Shown here: piece by piece, positions 9,585 through 19,316 of the stretch
Layout: every line of letters starts with the position of its first letter
How positions within the stretch are numbered: position 1 is the first letter of the stretch
Assembly: GCA_963727525.1 (NCBI GenBank)
Contig: CAVSGO010000003.1
Span: forward strand, 64,001-128,000
Direction: 5' to 3'
Source: an uncultured bacterium
GTDB taxonomy: Bacteria; Krumholzibacteriota; Krumholzibacteriia; LZORAL124-64-63
Length of the DNA stretch: 64,000 nt
Program-made: the position numbers and the translations under genes
The notes under the pieces: generated by a model
What the model was told of the DNA's origin: nothing
Databases searched by the model: none
Seen by the model: the letters and a program-made list of their open reading frames with translations, nothing else

Positions 9585-10463
9585 ATGGCAAGGGGTCCGA
9601 AGAGACGGACGATGGTCTTCGTCGACTACAGCGCGTTGCGGGACACCCTGCGCAAGAACGCCTGGCTTGCCGTCGACGCGGGGCCGCACGCGGAACTCGA
9701 TTTCGAGACCCTGGGACGTCGCCTCGTCGGCGAGGATGGGGAATTCATTCGCCTGTACCTCTATACGGCGACACCGATCGAGGTCGAGGAACGCGATGAC
9801 GGTCTTACCATGCACAACATCCCGGCGCATGATCACGAAGTCTACCGCGCCCGGGTCGTGTCGCGCACGTTTCAGGATCTGGTGAGGCAGGTCGACAGCC
9901 GTAGCCCGTACACGGATCTCCAGTGTGGTCGGATGGTCCTTCGTCGTGTGCAACTCAGGCATGGGCCGGCCTTCGAATGGGTGCAGCAGGTATTCTCGGG
10001 AATCGACCCGGGCGAGGAACGCGACGAATTGCTGGAGTACTTCTCGCGCGCTGCGAAGGTGAACTCCGAGGCCAAGGCGGCGCGTGAAGAACTGAGCCGC
10101 CGGATCGTCAGGTTGAAAGACGAGGGGCGGATACCGCCCGAGATGATGTCGTCCTACACGTGGAAGCTCTCGGAGCTGATCGACGAGCAGCTGGATTTCT
10201 CGGAAAAGGGCGTGGATACGCGGCTCACGGTGCAGATGCTGGAGCACTGCATGCACGATTCGTTCGACGATGCCGTACTCTTTGCCGCCGACGAGGACTA
10301 CGTCCCGCTGGTCGAGGCCGTGAAGCGCACGGGCCGACGCGTCATCCACGCGTTCTGGGACGTGCAGAACGTGGGGTGGCAACTCCGGCGTATCTGCGAT
10401 CACTCGATCTTGCTGGGGAAAGACGACGTCAGGGCGTTGCAGATGCCGGATTCGGATGGTTGA
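9585..10463 (+). CDS. NYN (LabA/DUF88, PIN-like) domain protein with large helical insert
   Basis: VFVDY, RLYLY, EKGVD, LFAADEDYVPLVEAVKRTGRRV, LRRICD; GGAGG RBS. Confidence 0.8.
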   Translation: MARGPKRRTMVFVDYSALRDTLRKNAWLAVDAGPHAELDFETLGRRLVGEDGEFIRLYLYTATPIEVEERDDGLTMHNIPAHDHEVYRARVVSRTFQDLVRQVDSRSPYTDLQCGRMVLRRVQLRHGPAFEWVQQVFSGIDPGEERDELLEYFSRAAKVNSEAKAAREELSRRIVRLKDEGRIPPEMMSSYTWKLSELIDEQLDFSEKGVDTRLTVQMLEHCMHDSFDDAVLFAADEDYVPLVEAVKRTGRRVIHAFWDVQNVGWQLRRICDHSILLGKDDVRALQMPDSDG

Positions 10464-12528
10464 ACTCGGCCCCGACCGTTGCGTCGGCCCGGATGGAGAG
10501 GACACGGACATGGCCCACCGCCACAAGAGCCCCCGCGACCGCGCCGAAGCCGCGGTCTCCTCGCTGCTCGCCTTTCCCGCCGACAACCTCGCCGAAGTGC
10601 GAAACCGGCTCGGCACCGTCGATCTGCAGCATCTGCGTGCGGCGGTTCTGGCGCGTATCGTCGATCCCGATATGTCCGCCACCGATGAACGCGGTCTTGT
10701 CGCCCTGGCCGACGCCTGCGAGCTGGGCGCCGAGGCCGAGGGCCTGGCCGCCATCGTCCGCGACCGCGGACTCGACGTGCGGAACCGACGCCTGGCGCTG
10801 GCCCTCCTTGTTCAGCACGCCCCCGACGCCGTGGATCCGGAGGTGCTGGCTCGTGAGCCCGAATTGCTGGCGGCACTGGCGCGGCAGTCCGTCGCGGATC
10901 TGTTGTACCCCCTGCTGGAAGAGCCGGATCTGGCCACCGAGCTGGCCGCTGCGCTCGCCAGTGTGCCGGCCTCGCAGCGCGAGGCGATGTTTGCGGATGT
11001 GGAGGCCGGCCGCCGGAGCGCCATGGTCCCGGCCTGGCTCGCGTACGGCGAGGCGCTCACGCTGAGCGAGTCGGCGGATCTGCACCACGCGATCGTGGCC
11101 GAGATCGCCGCCGAGACCCGGGCCACCGAGATCGATGTCTGGGACGACTTGCTGGCGCGCGAGTTGCCGGAACCGACCCGCGCCATCGTCCAGGCCGAAC
11201 TCATGCGGAGCCGTACCGCGAGTCTCAACCGTCCGGATGCGGGTCGCCGCGTGCCGGACGGCTCGTCGCGCGCCACGGCGGCCGCCACCGCGTGGCTCAC
11301 CGCGTGCGACGGGGTCGGGGCCTACGTCATGCTGCTGAGGGTCGCGGTCCCCGATGGCGCCTGGCACATCGCGAATATCTGCCTGCGTGTGAATGGTCAG
11401 GTGCGCGATGGCTTCTGCCTGGCGCGCCGTGACGAGGCCGAGTTCGAGGAGATCCGTGCGGTCTTCGCCGAACAGGAGGACATGACCTTCGCGCGCGTTC
11501 CACTGGAATTGGCGGGAGATCTGGCCATGGCCGCCCTGGCCGCCGGCGGCGATCGCGATCCGGTTCCCGACGGAGAGATGACTCACTGGGCCCGTTGCTT
11601 CGTCTGGCTGGCCCGCTCCTGCACCGAGGCGTCGCCTCTCGAGGAGAGCGAGCCGGACACGACGTCGACCGACCTGACGGACGACGAGATCCAGCATCTC
11701 TTTGACGAGGACGATCTGGATACCTGGTTCCTGAATCCTGATGACCTGGCCGAGCTGGACGTGCCGGCCACGAAGCCCGCGGACGCCGGCCCCGGCTGGT
11801 TCGACGCGCAACTGGCCAGGGTCGACAACCCCGGGCAACGCGAGACCCTGGGGCGCATGTTCGCCCACATGGACACGTATTACCGTTGCCTCGGGAAGCT
11901 CGTTCTCGCGCGTCGCTGTCGTGAGGCGGCCGCAGCGCTGGCGGATCCCGACCGGGGCAGGGAGATCCTGCGCGCGTGGCTCGACTATTCGTTCACCGTG
12001 AACACGATGAATCTCGAGGTGGGCGGCGCGACCGCCGTCATGGACTTCGGCGATCCCGCCGGGCGCCAGATGATCAGACAGGGCTGCTATCCAGATCTGA
12101 AACACCCGACGTTCCGCCACCTGGCGGTCCTGGATCTGACCGAGGCTGCCCTGGCAGCCGCTGAACCGATCGTGGCCCAGTTCTCCACCGAGCGGCAGCC
12201 GCGTCTCTCGGCTCTGCTGCCCATCGCCCACGTCGTCGCCAGGGCGTGGGTCGACCTGGTCCTCATGGCGCCTCTCGATCCGGACAGTCCTCTGGCCAAG
12301 CGCCGGATCGACCGCGCCCTCAATGCCATGACCAAGAACACGGGTTTGCGACGGGCGGAGGCGATCGACCTGTGGGACGCCCTCGTCGTCCATCTGCAGG
12401 ACTTCATGGACCAGGTCTGCAGTGCGTGCCCGGTATGGTGTTTCGGTCGCCCGACCGGCAATGCGGCTGCGTATTTCCACCACCCCGCGCATCCCGCATT
12501 CCGCGAGGATTTCGAGGGCGATGGGTGA
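10456..12528 (+). CDS. Large hypothetical, mostly alpha-helical protein (alternative start 10510)
   Basis: 690 aa ORF overlapping the NYN stop; central DGVGAY..G..RDGF beta segment; C-terminal CSACPVWC. Confidence 0.7.
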   Translation: MVELGPDRCVGPDGEDTDMAHRHKSPRDRAEAAVSSLLAFPADNLAEVRNRLGTVDLQHLRAAVLARIVDPDMSATDERGLVALADACELGAEAEGLAAIVRDRGLDVRNRRLALALLVQHAPDAVDPEVLAREPELLAALARQSVADLLYPLLEEPDLATELAAALASVPASQREAMFADVEAGRRSAMVPAWLAYGEALTLSESADLHHAIVAEIAAETRATEIDVWDDLLARELPEPTRAIVQAELMRSRTASLNRPDAGRRVPDGSSRATAAATAWLTACDGVGAYVMLLRVAVPDGAWHIANICLRVNGQVRDGFCLARRDEAEFEEIRAVFAEQEDMTFARVPLELAGDLAMAALAAGGDRDPVPDGEMTHWARCFVWLARSCTEASPLEESEPDTTSTDLTDDEIQHLFDEDDLDTWFLNPDDLAELDVPATKPADAGPGWFDAQLARVDNPGQRETLGRMFAHMDTYYRCLGKLVLARRCREAAAALADPDRGREILRAWLDYSFTVNTMNLEVGGATAVMDFGDPAGRQMIRQGCYPDLKHPTFRHLAVLDLTEAALAAAEPIVAQFSTERQPRLSALLPIAHVVARAWVDLVLMAPLDPDSPLAKRRIDRALNAMTKNTGLRRAEAIDLWDALVVHLQDFMDQVCSACPVWCFGRPTGNAAAYFHHPAHPAFREDFEGDG

Positions 12529-12624
12529 AAGCTACAAGCCGAGCCAATTGCCCCGACCACCCCGATCTGCTAGAATTGTCACCTGACCCGACCCCGTAAC
12601 CTCCCAAACCGGTGGTGTTCCTCC

Positions 12625-15378
12625 ATGCCCTCGCGTCGCCTCCCCAGGCTCCTCGTAGCCGTCGCTCTGTTCTGCCTGGCCTTCGCCGCCACGGCCCAGG
12701 CGAGCCTCCTCATCTCCGAACTCTGCGACCCCCGGCTCAACTACCTCACCGACCGCTTCATCGAGATCGCCAACACCGGCGACACGGCCGTGGATCTCGC
12801 CGACTGGTCGGTCGTCGCGGTGGGCAACGGCGCCGACATCTTCACCTGGCCGCTGTCAGGGTCGATCGCGCCCGGTCAGGCGCTCGTCTGTGGTGACGCC
12901 ACCACGGTGATCGCGTTCCCCGTCGATTTCGCCCTCGAGGGGTGGTCGGCCAGCAACAGCACCTGGAACGGGAAGGTGGGGGACGGCGCCAAGCTGGTCG
13001 GTCCTGGGGCGACCATCGTCGACTACGTGGTGGTCAACGGCACGTACTTCGAGAACATGGACTACGTACGCAATCCCGATGTGGTCGAACCCTCGCTCGT
13101 CCACGTGCCCGCGCAGTGGACAGGGACGCCGGTCGACTATCCGACGCAGGGCAGTCCCGGTGTGCACATCTTCGGCAGCGATTTTCCGCCGACGATCGTC
13201 GGTATCAGCACCGAGCCGCTCGTGCCGTTGGGTGGGGATCCGGTGGATGTGCTGGCCCAGGTGCAGGATGATGTGGCCACCGTCGTGTCGGTGGTGACGC
13301 GTTGGGGGCTGACGCCGGGGGTGTTGAATGACGTGATCTCCATGTCCCTGGAAGGGGGGGGCACCTACCGCACGGATGCGCCGATCCCGCCGCAGACGCC
13401 CGGAACCACCGTGTACTTCCAGATCGAGGCGACCAACGACGTGCCGCTGACGGCGGTGTCGGCGCTCCAGAGCTACACGCTCCCCGTCGCGGCCACGATC
13501 CACGATATCCAGGGTGAAGTCGCCGTGTCGCCTCATGACGGGGACATCGTGCTCACGAGCGGGGTCGTCACCGGGGTCTACGGCAGCTACGCCACGCTGC
13601 AGGATGGCGACGGGCCCTGGCAGGGCATCTGGGCCGCGCTCGCGCCGGCGCCTGCGGTGGGCGACCGGCTCGACCTGCGTGCGCGCGTCGACGAGTCGGC
13701 CGGGAGCGGGTACGCCGGCACCACCATGCTCACCGAGGTGGCCGTGCTGGCCACGCAGCCGGGACAGCCGGTGCCCGCCGCGACGACCGTCGTCACCGAC
13801 GATCTCGATGCCGAGGCCTACGAGGGCGTGCTCGTGACCGTGGCCGACGGCGCCTGCACCGACGCCGATCTCGGCGGCGGCGAGTGGGCGATCGAAGACG
13901 GATCCGGGGCCGGTCGCGTGGGCGTGCTCGACGGCGCCGGCGCTCCGACACTGGGCACGGAGTACGCCGTCACCGGGTGCGTGGTCTATTCCGGCGGGAA
14001 TTTCAAGGTCGAGCCGCGGGGGCCGGCCGACGTCGTCTGGGTGGCCGACGCCTTCGCGCCGCGGATCGCGGGGACCATGGCGTCGGACATCGACGAGGTG
14101 CGCGTGACGTTCACCGAGCCGGTGGACGCGATCAGCGCCGAGATCGCGAGCAACTACACGATCGGTGGGCTGACGATCTTCTCCGCCACGCGCCTCACGG
14201 CCCAGCCGGCCGTGGTCGTACTCGCGGTGTCGCCTATGGCGAGCGGGGACTACACGCTCTCCGTCACCGGCGTCGCCGACCTCTACGGCAACCCCATCGT
14301 CACCGCCGTGGATGCGTTCAGCTACCTCGACTTCCCACCGCCGCCGGGCTACTACGACAGCGCCGCCGGTCTACAGGGCGAACCGCTGCGCGCAGCACTG
14401 CACGCGATCATCGATAACCACACGTCCGTCAGCTACGACTTCCTCTGGACGGCCTTCACCACCACGGACGATCGTCCCGACGGGTATGTGTGGGACATGT
14501 ACTCCGATATCCCCGGCGGCACGCCGCCCTACCTGTATGTGTTCGGCGTCGACCAGGTCGGCGACGGGGCCGGCGAGGGGTCCGGTTACAACCGCGAGCA
14601 CTCGTGGCCGCGCGCCTGGTTCGGTGGCGAGGTGGCGCCCATGAATTCGGATCTGTTCCTGATCTACCCGACCGACACGTACGTGAACAATGTCCGCGCC
14701 AACTATCCCTACGGCGAGGTCGCCGTGCCCGACTGGGTGTCGCTCAATGGCAGCAAGCGCGGCCCGTGCTCGTATCCGGGCTACAGTGGCACCGTCTTCG
14801 AGCCCATCGATGCGTACAAGGGCGACTTCGCGCGCACCTACTTCTACATGGGCGCGCGATATTACACCGAGGACGCCGCCTGGCCCGGCAGCCCGGCGAC
14901 CGATGGCTGCGACCTGCTGCCCTGGGCGCTGAACATGATGCTCGAATGGAACGCCGAGGACCCCGTGAGTCTCAAGGAGCGGGAGCGCAACGAGGCGGTG
15001 TACGCCTACCAGCACAACCGCAACCCGTTCATCGATCACCCGGAGTGGGTGACGGCGGTCTTCGCGCCGGCGGTCGGCGTCGAGGATGCCGTGCCGAACG
15101 CCGCACTCGCGGTGTCGGTGGCGCCGAATCCGTTCAACCCGCGCACGACGATCCGCTGGGATCTGCCCCACGTGGCGATGGTCGACCTGCGCATCTACGA
15201 CGCCGCGGGTCACCTGGTGCGCCGACTCGTCGACGATGCCGTCCAGCCGGCGGGACAGCACGAGGTCGCCTGGGACGGACGGGATGATCACGGCCGGAAC
15301 GCCGCCGCGGGGGTGTATTTCGGGAGGCTGGAGGCGGATCACGAGGGGAGGACAGCAAAGCTCGTTCTCGTGAGGTGA
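12625..15378 (+). CDS. Secreted endonuclease I-family nuclease with lamin-tail, OB-like, Ig-like and FlgD-type C-terminal domains
   Basis: Signal peptide; LLISELCD (LTD); TIHDIQG and EAYEGVLV (OB repeats); YNREHSWP, KGDFAR, QHNRNPFIDHPE; PNPFNPRTTI. Confidence 0.9.
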   Translation: MPSRRLPRLLVAVALFCLAFAATAQASLLISELCDPRLNYLTDRFIEIANTGDTAVDLADWSVVAVGNGADIFTWPLSGSIAPGQALVCGDATTVIAFPVDFALEGWSASNSTWNGKVGDGAKLVGPGATIVDYVVVNGTYFENMDYVRNPDVVEPSLVHVPAQWTGTPVDYPTQGSPGVHIFGSDFPPTIVGISTEPLVPLGGDPVDVLAQVQDDVATVVSVVTRWGLTPGVLNDVISMSLEGGGTYRTDAPIPPQTPGTTVYFQIEATNDVPLTAVSALQSYTLPVAATIHDIQGEVAVSPHDGDIVLTSGVVTGVYGSYATLQDGDGPWQGIWAALAPAPAVGDRLDLRARVDESAGSGYAGTTMLTEVAVLATQPGQPVPAATTVVTDDLDAEAYEGVLVTVADGACTDADLGGGEWAIEDGSGAGRVGVLDGAGAPTLGTEYAVTGCVVYSGGNFKVEPRGPADVVWVADAFAPRIAGTMASDIDEVRVTFTEPVDAISAEIASNYTIGGLTIFSATRLTAQPAVVVLAVSPMASGDYTLSVTGVADLYGNPIVTAVDAFSYLDFPPPPGYYDSAAGLQGEPLRAALHAIIDNHTSVSYDFLWTAFTTTDDRPDGYVWDMYSDIPGGTPPYLYVFGVDQVGDGAGEGSGYNREHSWPRAWFGGEVAPMNSDLFLIYPTDTYVNNVRANYPYGEVAVPDWVSLNGSKRGPCSYPGYSGTVFEPIDAYKGDFARTYFYMGARYYTEDAAWPGSPATDGCDLLPWALNMMLEWNAEDPVSLKERERNEAVYAYQHNRNPFIDHPEWVTAVFAPAVGVEDAVPNAALAVSVAPNPFNPRTTIRWDLPHVAMVDLRIYDAAGHLVRRLVDDAVQPAGQHEVAWDGRDDHGRNAAAGVYFGRLEADHEGRTAKLVLVR

Positions 15379-15719
15379 TGCGTCGCGACCGACGAGCGGT
15401 TCAAGGCCTGTGCGTGGAAGTGGTTTTATTACAATATATTGTGAAGTCCAGCCGGCTAGACTCCATGTATATGTATACGGTATATCGTAGGCGAATTCGT
15501 TCCCTTCTGGATCCAAAGCCGATCCTCGTTGCTTCGCCACCGCAAATCTGATAAGGTGTCAATCCACGGGGACACGCACCACGTCGTCGTCCCCCAAGCC
15601 AGAAAGCCATCATGCCCACCACCACGCATCCAGCTAGAAGATAGATCCGACACTGGTCAGCTCGGACCAGCGGATCCATCGGTCCGTCTCCCTGAGGGGA
15701 GCGAACGGAAGGCTGGATC

Positions 15720-16562
15720 ATGTTCGATTTCACGCACGTGAAGAAGGCGTTCGCGGCTCTCGGCGTTCCCGCGCGCTGCGAGGTGGAGGAGTCCGTCATC
15801 CGGCTGCGGGGGCGGGCGGCGCTGTTCGATGTGGATATCGAGCGTCGTCGGCGTGGCCGCGGCTACGTGGTCCGGGTGGCGGCGGGGTCTGGTATCACGA
15901 TCCAGGTGCTCGACGTGCAGCCGCGGCTGCGCCATCTGATGCTCCTCGTGGTGGTCGATTCTGGCGTCCGGCGCGGCTCGGGTTCGACGCAGTCTTTCAC
16001 CCGTTACCTCTGCGGTCACGACGAGCGCGACTGGTTCGTGGCGCCGATTCCCGGTCGTCCGGTGGCCAGCACCGTGCTGCAGGCGTTCGAGGCGCTGAAG
16101 CCCGGGATCGTGCGCGGGTCGGTCCTGCAGCATCATGTGAAGCGCAAGGACCGGAACCGTCGCCGGAACGCCGCCTTCGTGCGGCAGGGGGAGTGGTTCT
16201 TCGTACCGGCGCCGGCCTTCGATCCGGGGCGTCTCGTCTCGCACCATCACGAGCCGCTTCGGCGCGGCCGCAGCAAGCCGCATATCGCCGAGTGGCTCGT
16301 GCGCACCGGCGGCGTGATTGTGAAGGTCAATCGCTACCATTCCCGTGGGCTCACGCCTGGGCAGTACGCGGAGCGGCTGCACAATGCGCCGCACACGATG
16401 GACGGGCCATGGTGGATGATGACGCGGGACCCCATCGCGCACGTGCGCGGCACCGTGCGGCATTCGGATCATGCCACCGTCACGCTCGACGGCTGGCATC
16501 GTGTGGTGCCGAACAGGGAGGACCAGGCGCCCGGCTGGGAGTCGCTGACGTTTCTCGACTAG
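15720..16562 (+). CDS. Conserved-looking hypothetical protein with RQGEWFF and His motifs
   Basis: LCGHDERDWFVA, EALKP, RQGEWFFVP, KPH, VRHSDH, WHRVVPN; high-GC coding pattern. Confidence 0.75.
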   Translation: MFDFTHVKKAFAALGVPARCEVEESVIRLRGRAALFDVDIERRRRGRGYVVRVAAGSGITIQVLDVQPRLRHLMLLVVVDSGVRRGSGSTQSFTRYLCGHDERDWFVAPIPGRPVASTVLQAFEALKPGIVRGSVLQHHVKRKDRNRRRNAAFVRQGEWFFVPAPAFDPGRLVSHHHEPLRRGRSKPHIAEWLVRTGGVIVKVNRYHSRGLTPGQYAERLHNAPHTMDGPWWMMTRDPIAHVRGTVRHSDHATVTLDGWHRVVPNREDQAPGWESLTFLD

Positions 16563-16734
16563 GTCCGGAACACCACGGTTGTCCACCGCCCCCCGGATTC
16601 TCTATACTCCCCGTGCCGTCATGTCTCGGGGGGCGGCGGTCCGATCGCGGGCATTCTCGCGCGAGAGTCGCCTGTGGCCCCATGGTCCATGGCCATTCAC
16701 GACAGTGTTCGGGCTGCGGCGAGGGAGGCACGCC

Positions 16735-17790
16735 ATGCGAGAGGTTTGCGAACGTTCGTTCCTTGCGTCGATCGCGTACGGCGCGATCCTGATCCTGCTG
16801 ACGGGCACCGCGGCTCAGGCTGCCCAGTTCCAGAAGATCGGCGACTTTGGCGAATATGCTCATCAGCGCATCCCCGTGGATGCGCGGGGTGAAGCGCTGA
16901 ACCTGGCGGCAGGTGTCGATCCCGTGGGACCCACGGCTCACTGGTGGAATCCGGCGCCGCTATTGCGTGATGATGCGCTCGAGGCCTCGTACACGGCGTA
17001 CGACTTCTTCGTCGACGGGTACCACTGGCGTCCGTTCGCGCTGCGAGCCACCTGGCGCAACTTCTCGATCGGGGTGGTGAGGACGAATCTGTCGTTTCGA
17101 TCGCGGGTACAGACGGCTTACGATCCCGTGGGCGAGGACGTGGAGATCGACCAGGACACACTCCTGATAGGCGTGGCTGCGGACGTTGCACGCTGGCTGT
17201 TCCCGTGGACGACACGCTGGTCGTGGAGCGTCGGCGCCAATCTCAAGCAATATGGCGTCAGTGTCGACAGAGTGGGCGAGAACGTGTATTGCCCCGATCT
17301 CGGTATGACCCTGGCTGGGTGGGTGGCTGCGACCGAGGACCTCGATCTTCGGATCCTGGGAACGGCGACGGTGCGGAACCTGATCGAGGGTTCGCTCAAC
17401 CTGCTCGATGCCGCGACCTTTTTCCGCTACTACCAGTACGGCATCGGTCTGGAAGCCCGGTTCGGGCATGCCGATGGCGGGCGTCCCCTCGTCACGCGAC
17501 TCGCCTGCGCCTGGCGGCGTGATCTCGAAGACCACCGCGACTACTTCGACAGCGACAACATCGGAATCGAGGTCACGTACCGGCAGATCGTCACGCTGCG
17601 CGGCAGCCACACCCACGCGAACTCGTATGTCGACGACGTCTGGGCCTGGGGGGCCGGACTGCAGCACCATTGCGACGGGTACCACGGTCTCCATGTCGCC
17701 CTGGATTACGGTTCGGCCGTGAACGCGTCGCCTCTCGACGATCACAACAGCGACCAGTGGACGTTCACCGCGGGCATCGATCTGCACTGA
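16735..17790 (+). CDS. PorV/PorQ-like outer-membrane beta-barrel
   Basis: Signal peptide, IPVDARGEAL...WWNPA motif, amphipathic strands, terminal strand WTFTAGIDLH; GGGAGG RBS. Confidence 0.6.
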   Translation: MREVCERSFLASIAYGAILILLTGTAAQAAQFQKIGDFGEYAHQRIPVDARGEALNLAAGVDPVGPTAHWWNPAPLLRDDALEASYTAYDFFVDGYHWRPFALRATWRNFSIGVVRTNLSFRSRVQTAYDPVGEDVEIDQDTLLIGVAADVARWLFPWTTRWSWSVGANLKQYGVSVDRVGENVYCPDLGMTLAGWVAATEDLDLRILGTATVRNLIEGSLNLLDAATFFRYYQYGIGLEARFGHADGGRPLVTRLACAWRRDLEDHRDYFDSDNIGIEVTYRQIVTLRGSHTHANSYVDDVWAWGAGLQHHCDGYHGLHVALDYGSAVNASPLDDHNSDQWTFTAGIDLH

Positions 17791-17977
17791 GTGAAGTGCG
17801 GCCAGGTCGTGCGCGAAGTCCGGCCAGAATCCGCGTTCGAGTGCGAGCCTCGCGGACGCGCTTCTGGCGGCGCTCGGCCGGGCAACGCCGGCTCGGCATT
17901 GAGTTCGGCCCCCGTCGCGTGATATCGTTGAAAATGCGCAATCAACGTCTTCGCGAACCACGCGAACTCCCGGAGGT

Positions 17978-18419
17978 GTGCCCGTGCGGATGGTTTCGGT
18001 CCTGTCGCTCGCCCTCGCCCTCATCCCATCCGCCCACGCCCGCGAAGCGGTGCCACCGGCGACGGCGGTCAGTCTGGGGCTCATTCGCATGACGATCAGC
18101 GATTGCGGCTACGTGGGTAACAGCCTCTCGAGTTCGTCCAGCCCGTCCCTGAGGTACCCGTATCCGGCCCACGTGGAGCACCTGTACGACGCCGGCCTCT
18201 GGGTGGGCGCGCACGATGCGCGTCGACCTGGCCGTGTACGGTATCGATGGGCGGCGCGTGCGCGTGCTCGTGCAGGGCGAGCTGCCGGCGGGCGAGCACC
18301 GCCTCACCTGGAACGGACGTGACGATGCCGGCCGGCCCGTGGCGTCGGGCGTGTACCTGATCCGGCTAGCGGCGCCGGGCGAACCGGTGCAGACGCAGCG
18401 AGTCGTCGTGGCGCGCTGA
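17978..18419 (+). pseudogene. Internally deleted secreted FlgD-CTD protein (N- and C-termini joined out of frame)
   Basis: Signal peptide + GYVGN..PSLRYP..EHLYDAGLWVGA, abruptly followed in another frame by VDLAVYGIDGRRVR..WNGRDDAGRPVASGVY. Confidence 0.7.
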
Positions 18420-18427
18420 CAGCCAGC

Positions 18428-18942
18428 TCAGCGCAGCGATGCCAGTGTCGAATCCTGCACCGCGACCGGACTGAGGTACTCCGCCAGCCAGGCCACCAGG
18501 TACAACCCGTTGGCGGCCACTGCGAGCGTGCAGCCCCATTCCGGTTGCACGTCGAGCGGGATCATCAGCACGAACCACAGCTTGAAGCCGCCGAAGATGA
18601 TCTGCGGGATCCACAGGATGAGCACCGACGAGAGGACGGCCATCACCAGCTCGAGCCATTGCCGGACGAGCGCGGCGACCGGCCGCGCGTGACCGTGAAA
18701 CCGCGGGTGCGCTCCGCACCGGTCAGCGGGCGCGAACCGTATAGCAGGGAGAGCGCGTAGCGGAGCAGCGCGAACACCGGCACCATGATGATCAGGAACG
18801 CGGGCAAACGGCCATGCACGAGTTCCCAGCCGATCATGCCGATCCACGCCGTCCCCACGGCCACCAGGGTGCCGCGGTTGGCGAGATACCACGCCAGGCG
18901 CTGGTGTTCGTCCATGTGCAGGATATCCATCTCGGTCTTCAT
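18428..18942 (-). CDS. Membrane protein, apparently split by a frameshift near 18690 (or two small membrane genes)
   Basis: MKTEMD.. with 2 TM segments in one frame and 3 TM segments in another; ATGA overlap with the HTH gene. Confidence 0.45.
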
Positions 18943-19157
18943 GGTGTGCCGTCCTCCCCGCTGACGACCTCGAACAGCTCGTCGACCTTCATGCCCAGCT
19001 CCCTGGCGATGACGAACGCGAGGAGGGTGGAGGGGATGAAGTGCCCCTTCTCGATGGCCAGGATCGTCTGACGCCGCACGCCGACCCTCACGGCCAGATC
19101 CTGCTGCGTCAGGTCCAGGCGAGCGCGGTGCTGTTTGATATGGTTGGTTAGCTTCAT
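18939..19157 (-). CDS. XRE/Cro-family HTH transcriptional regulator
   Basis: LTQQDLAVRVGVRRQTILAIEKGHFIPS. Confidence 0.9.
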   Translation of the reverse strand: MKLTNHIKQHRARLDLTQQDLAVRVGVRRQTILAIEKGHFIPSTLLAFVIARELGMKVDELFEVVSGEDGTP

Positions 19158-19159
19158 GG

Positions 19160-19193
19160 GACAAAAAGTACGCTATGCATTACTTTTTGTCAA
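19160..19193 (-). promoter_or_regulatory. sigma70-type promoter overlapped by an 11-bp inverted repeat (likely XRE operator); leaderless transcript
   Basis: TTGACA-N17-TACTTT, 7 nt before the ATG; GACAAAAAGTA-N10-TACTTTTTGTC. Confidence 0.75.
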
Positions 19194-19261
19194 GAGTATC
19201 TACCATGAGACGCCGGGCGATCCTCGAGGACGAGATCGGCCAGTTCGACCGTTGATGAAAC

Positions 19262-19287
19262 GGCGCCCACCGCGAACGGTGGGCGCC
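19262..19287 (-). terminator. Hairpin terminator after MCP gene
   Basis: GGCGCCCACCG-cgaa-CGGTGGGCGCC, followed by a short T-tract on the minus strand. Confidence 0.6.
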
Positions 19288-19316
19288 CTGTCCGGGAAAC
19301 CGCTGCTGGATAGCGC

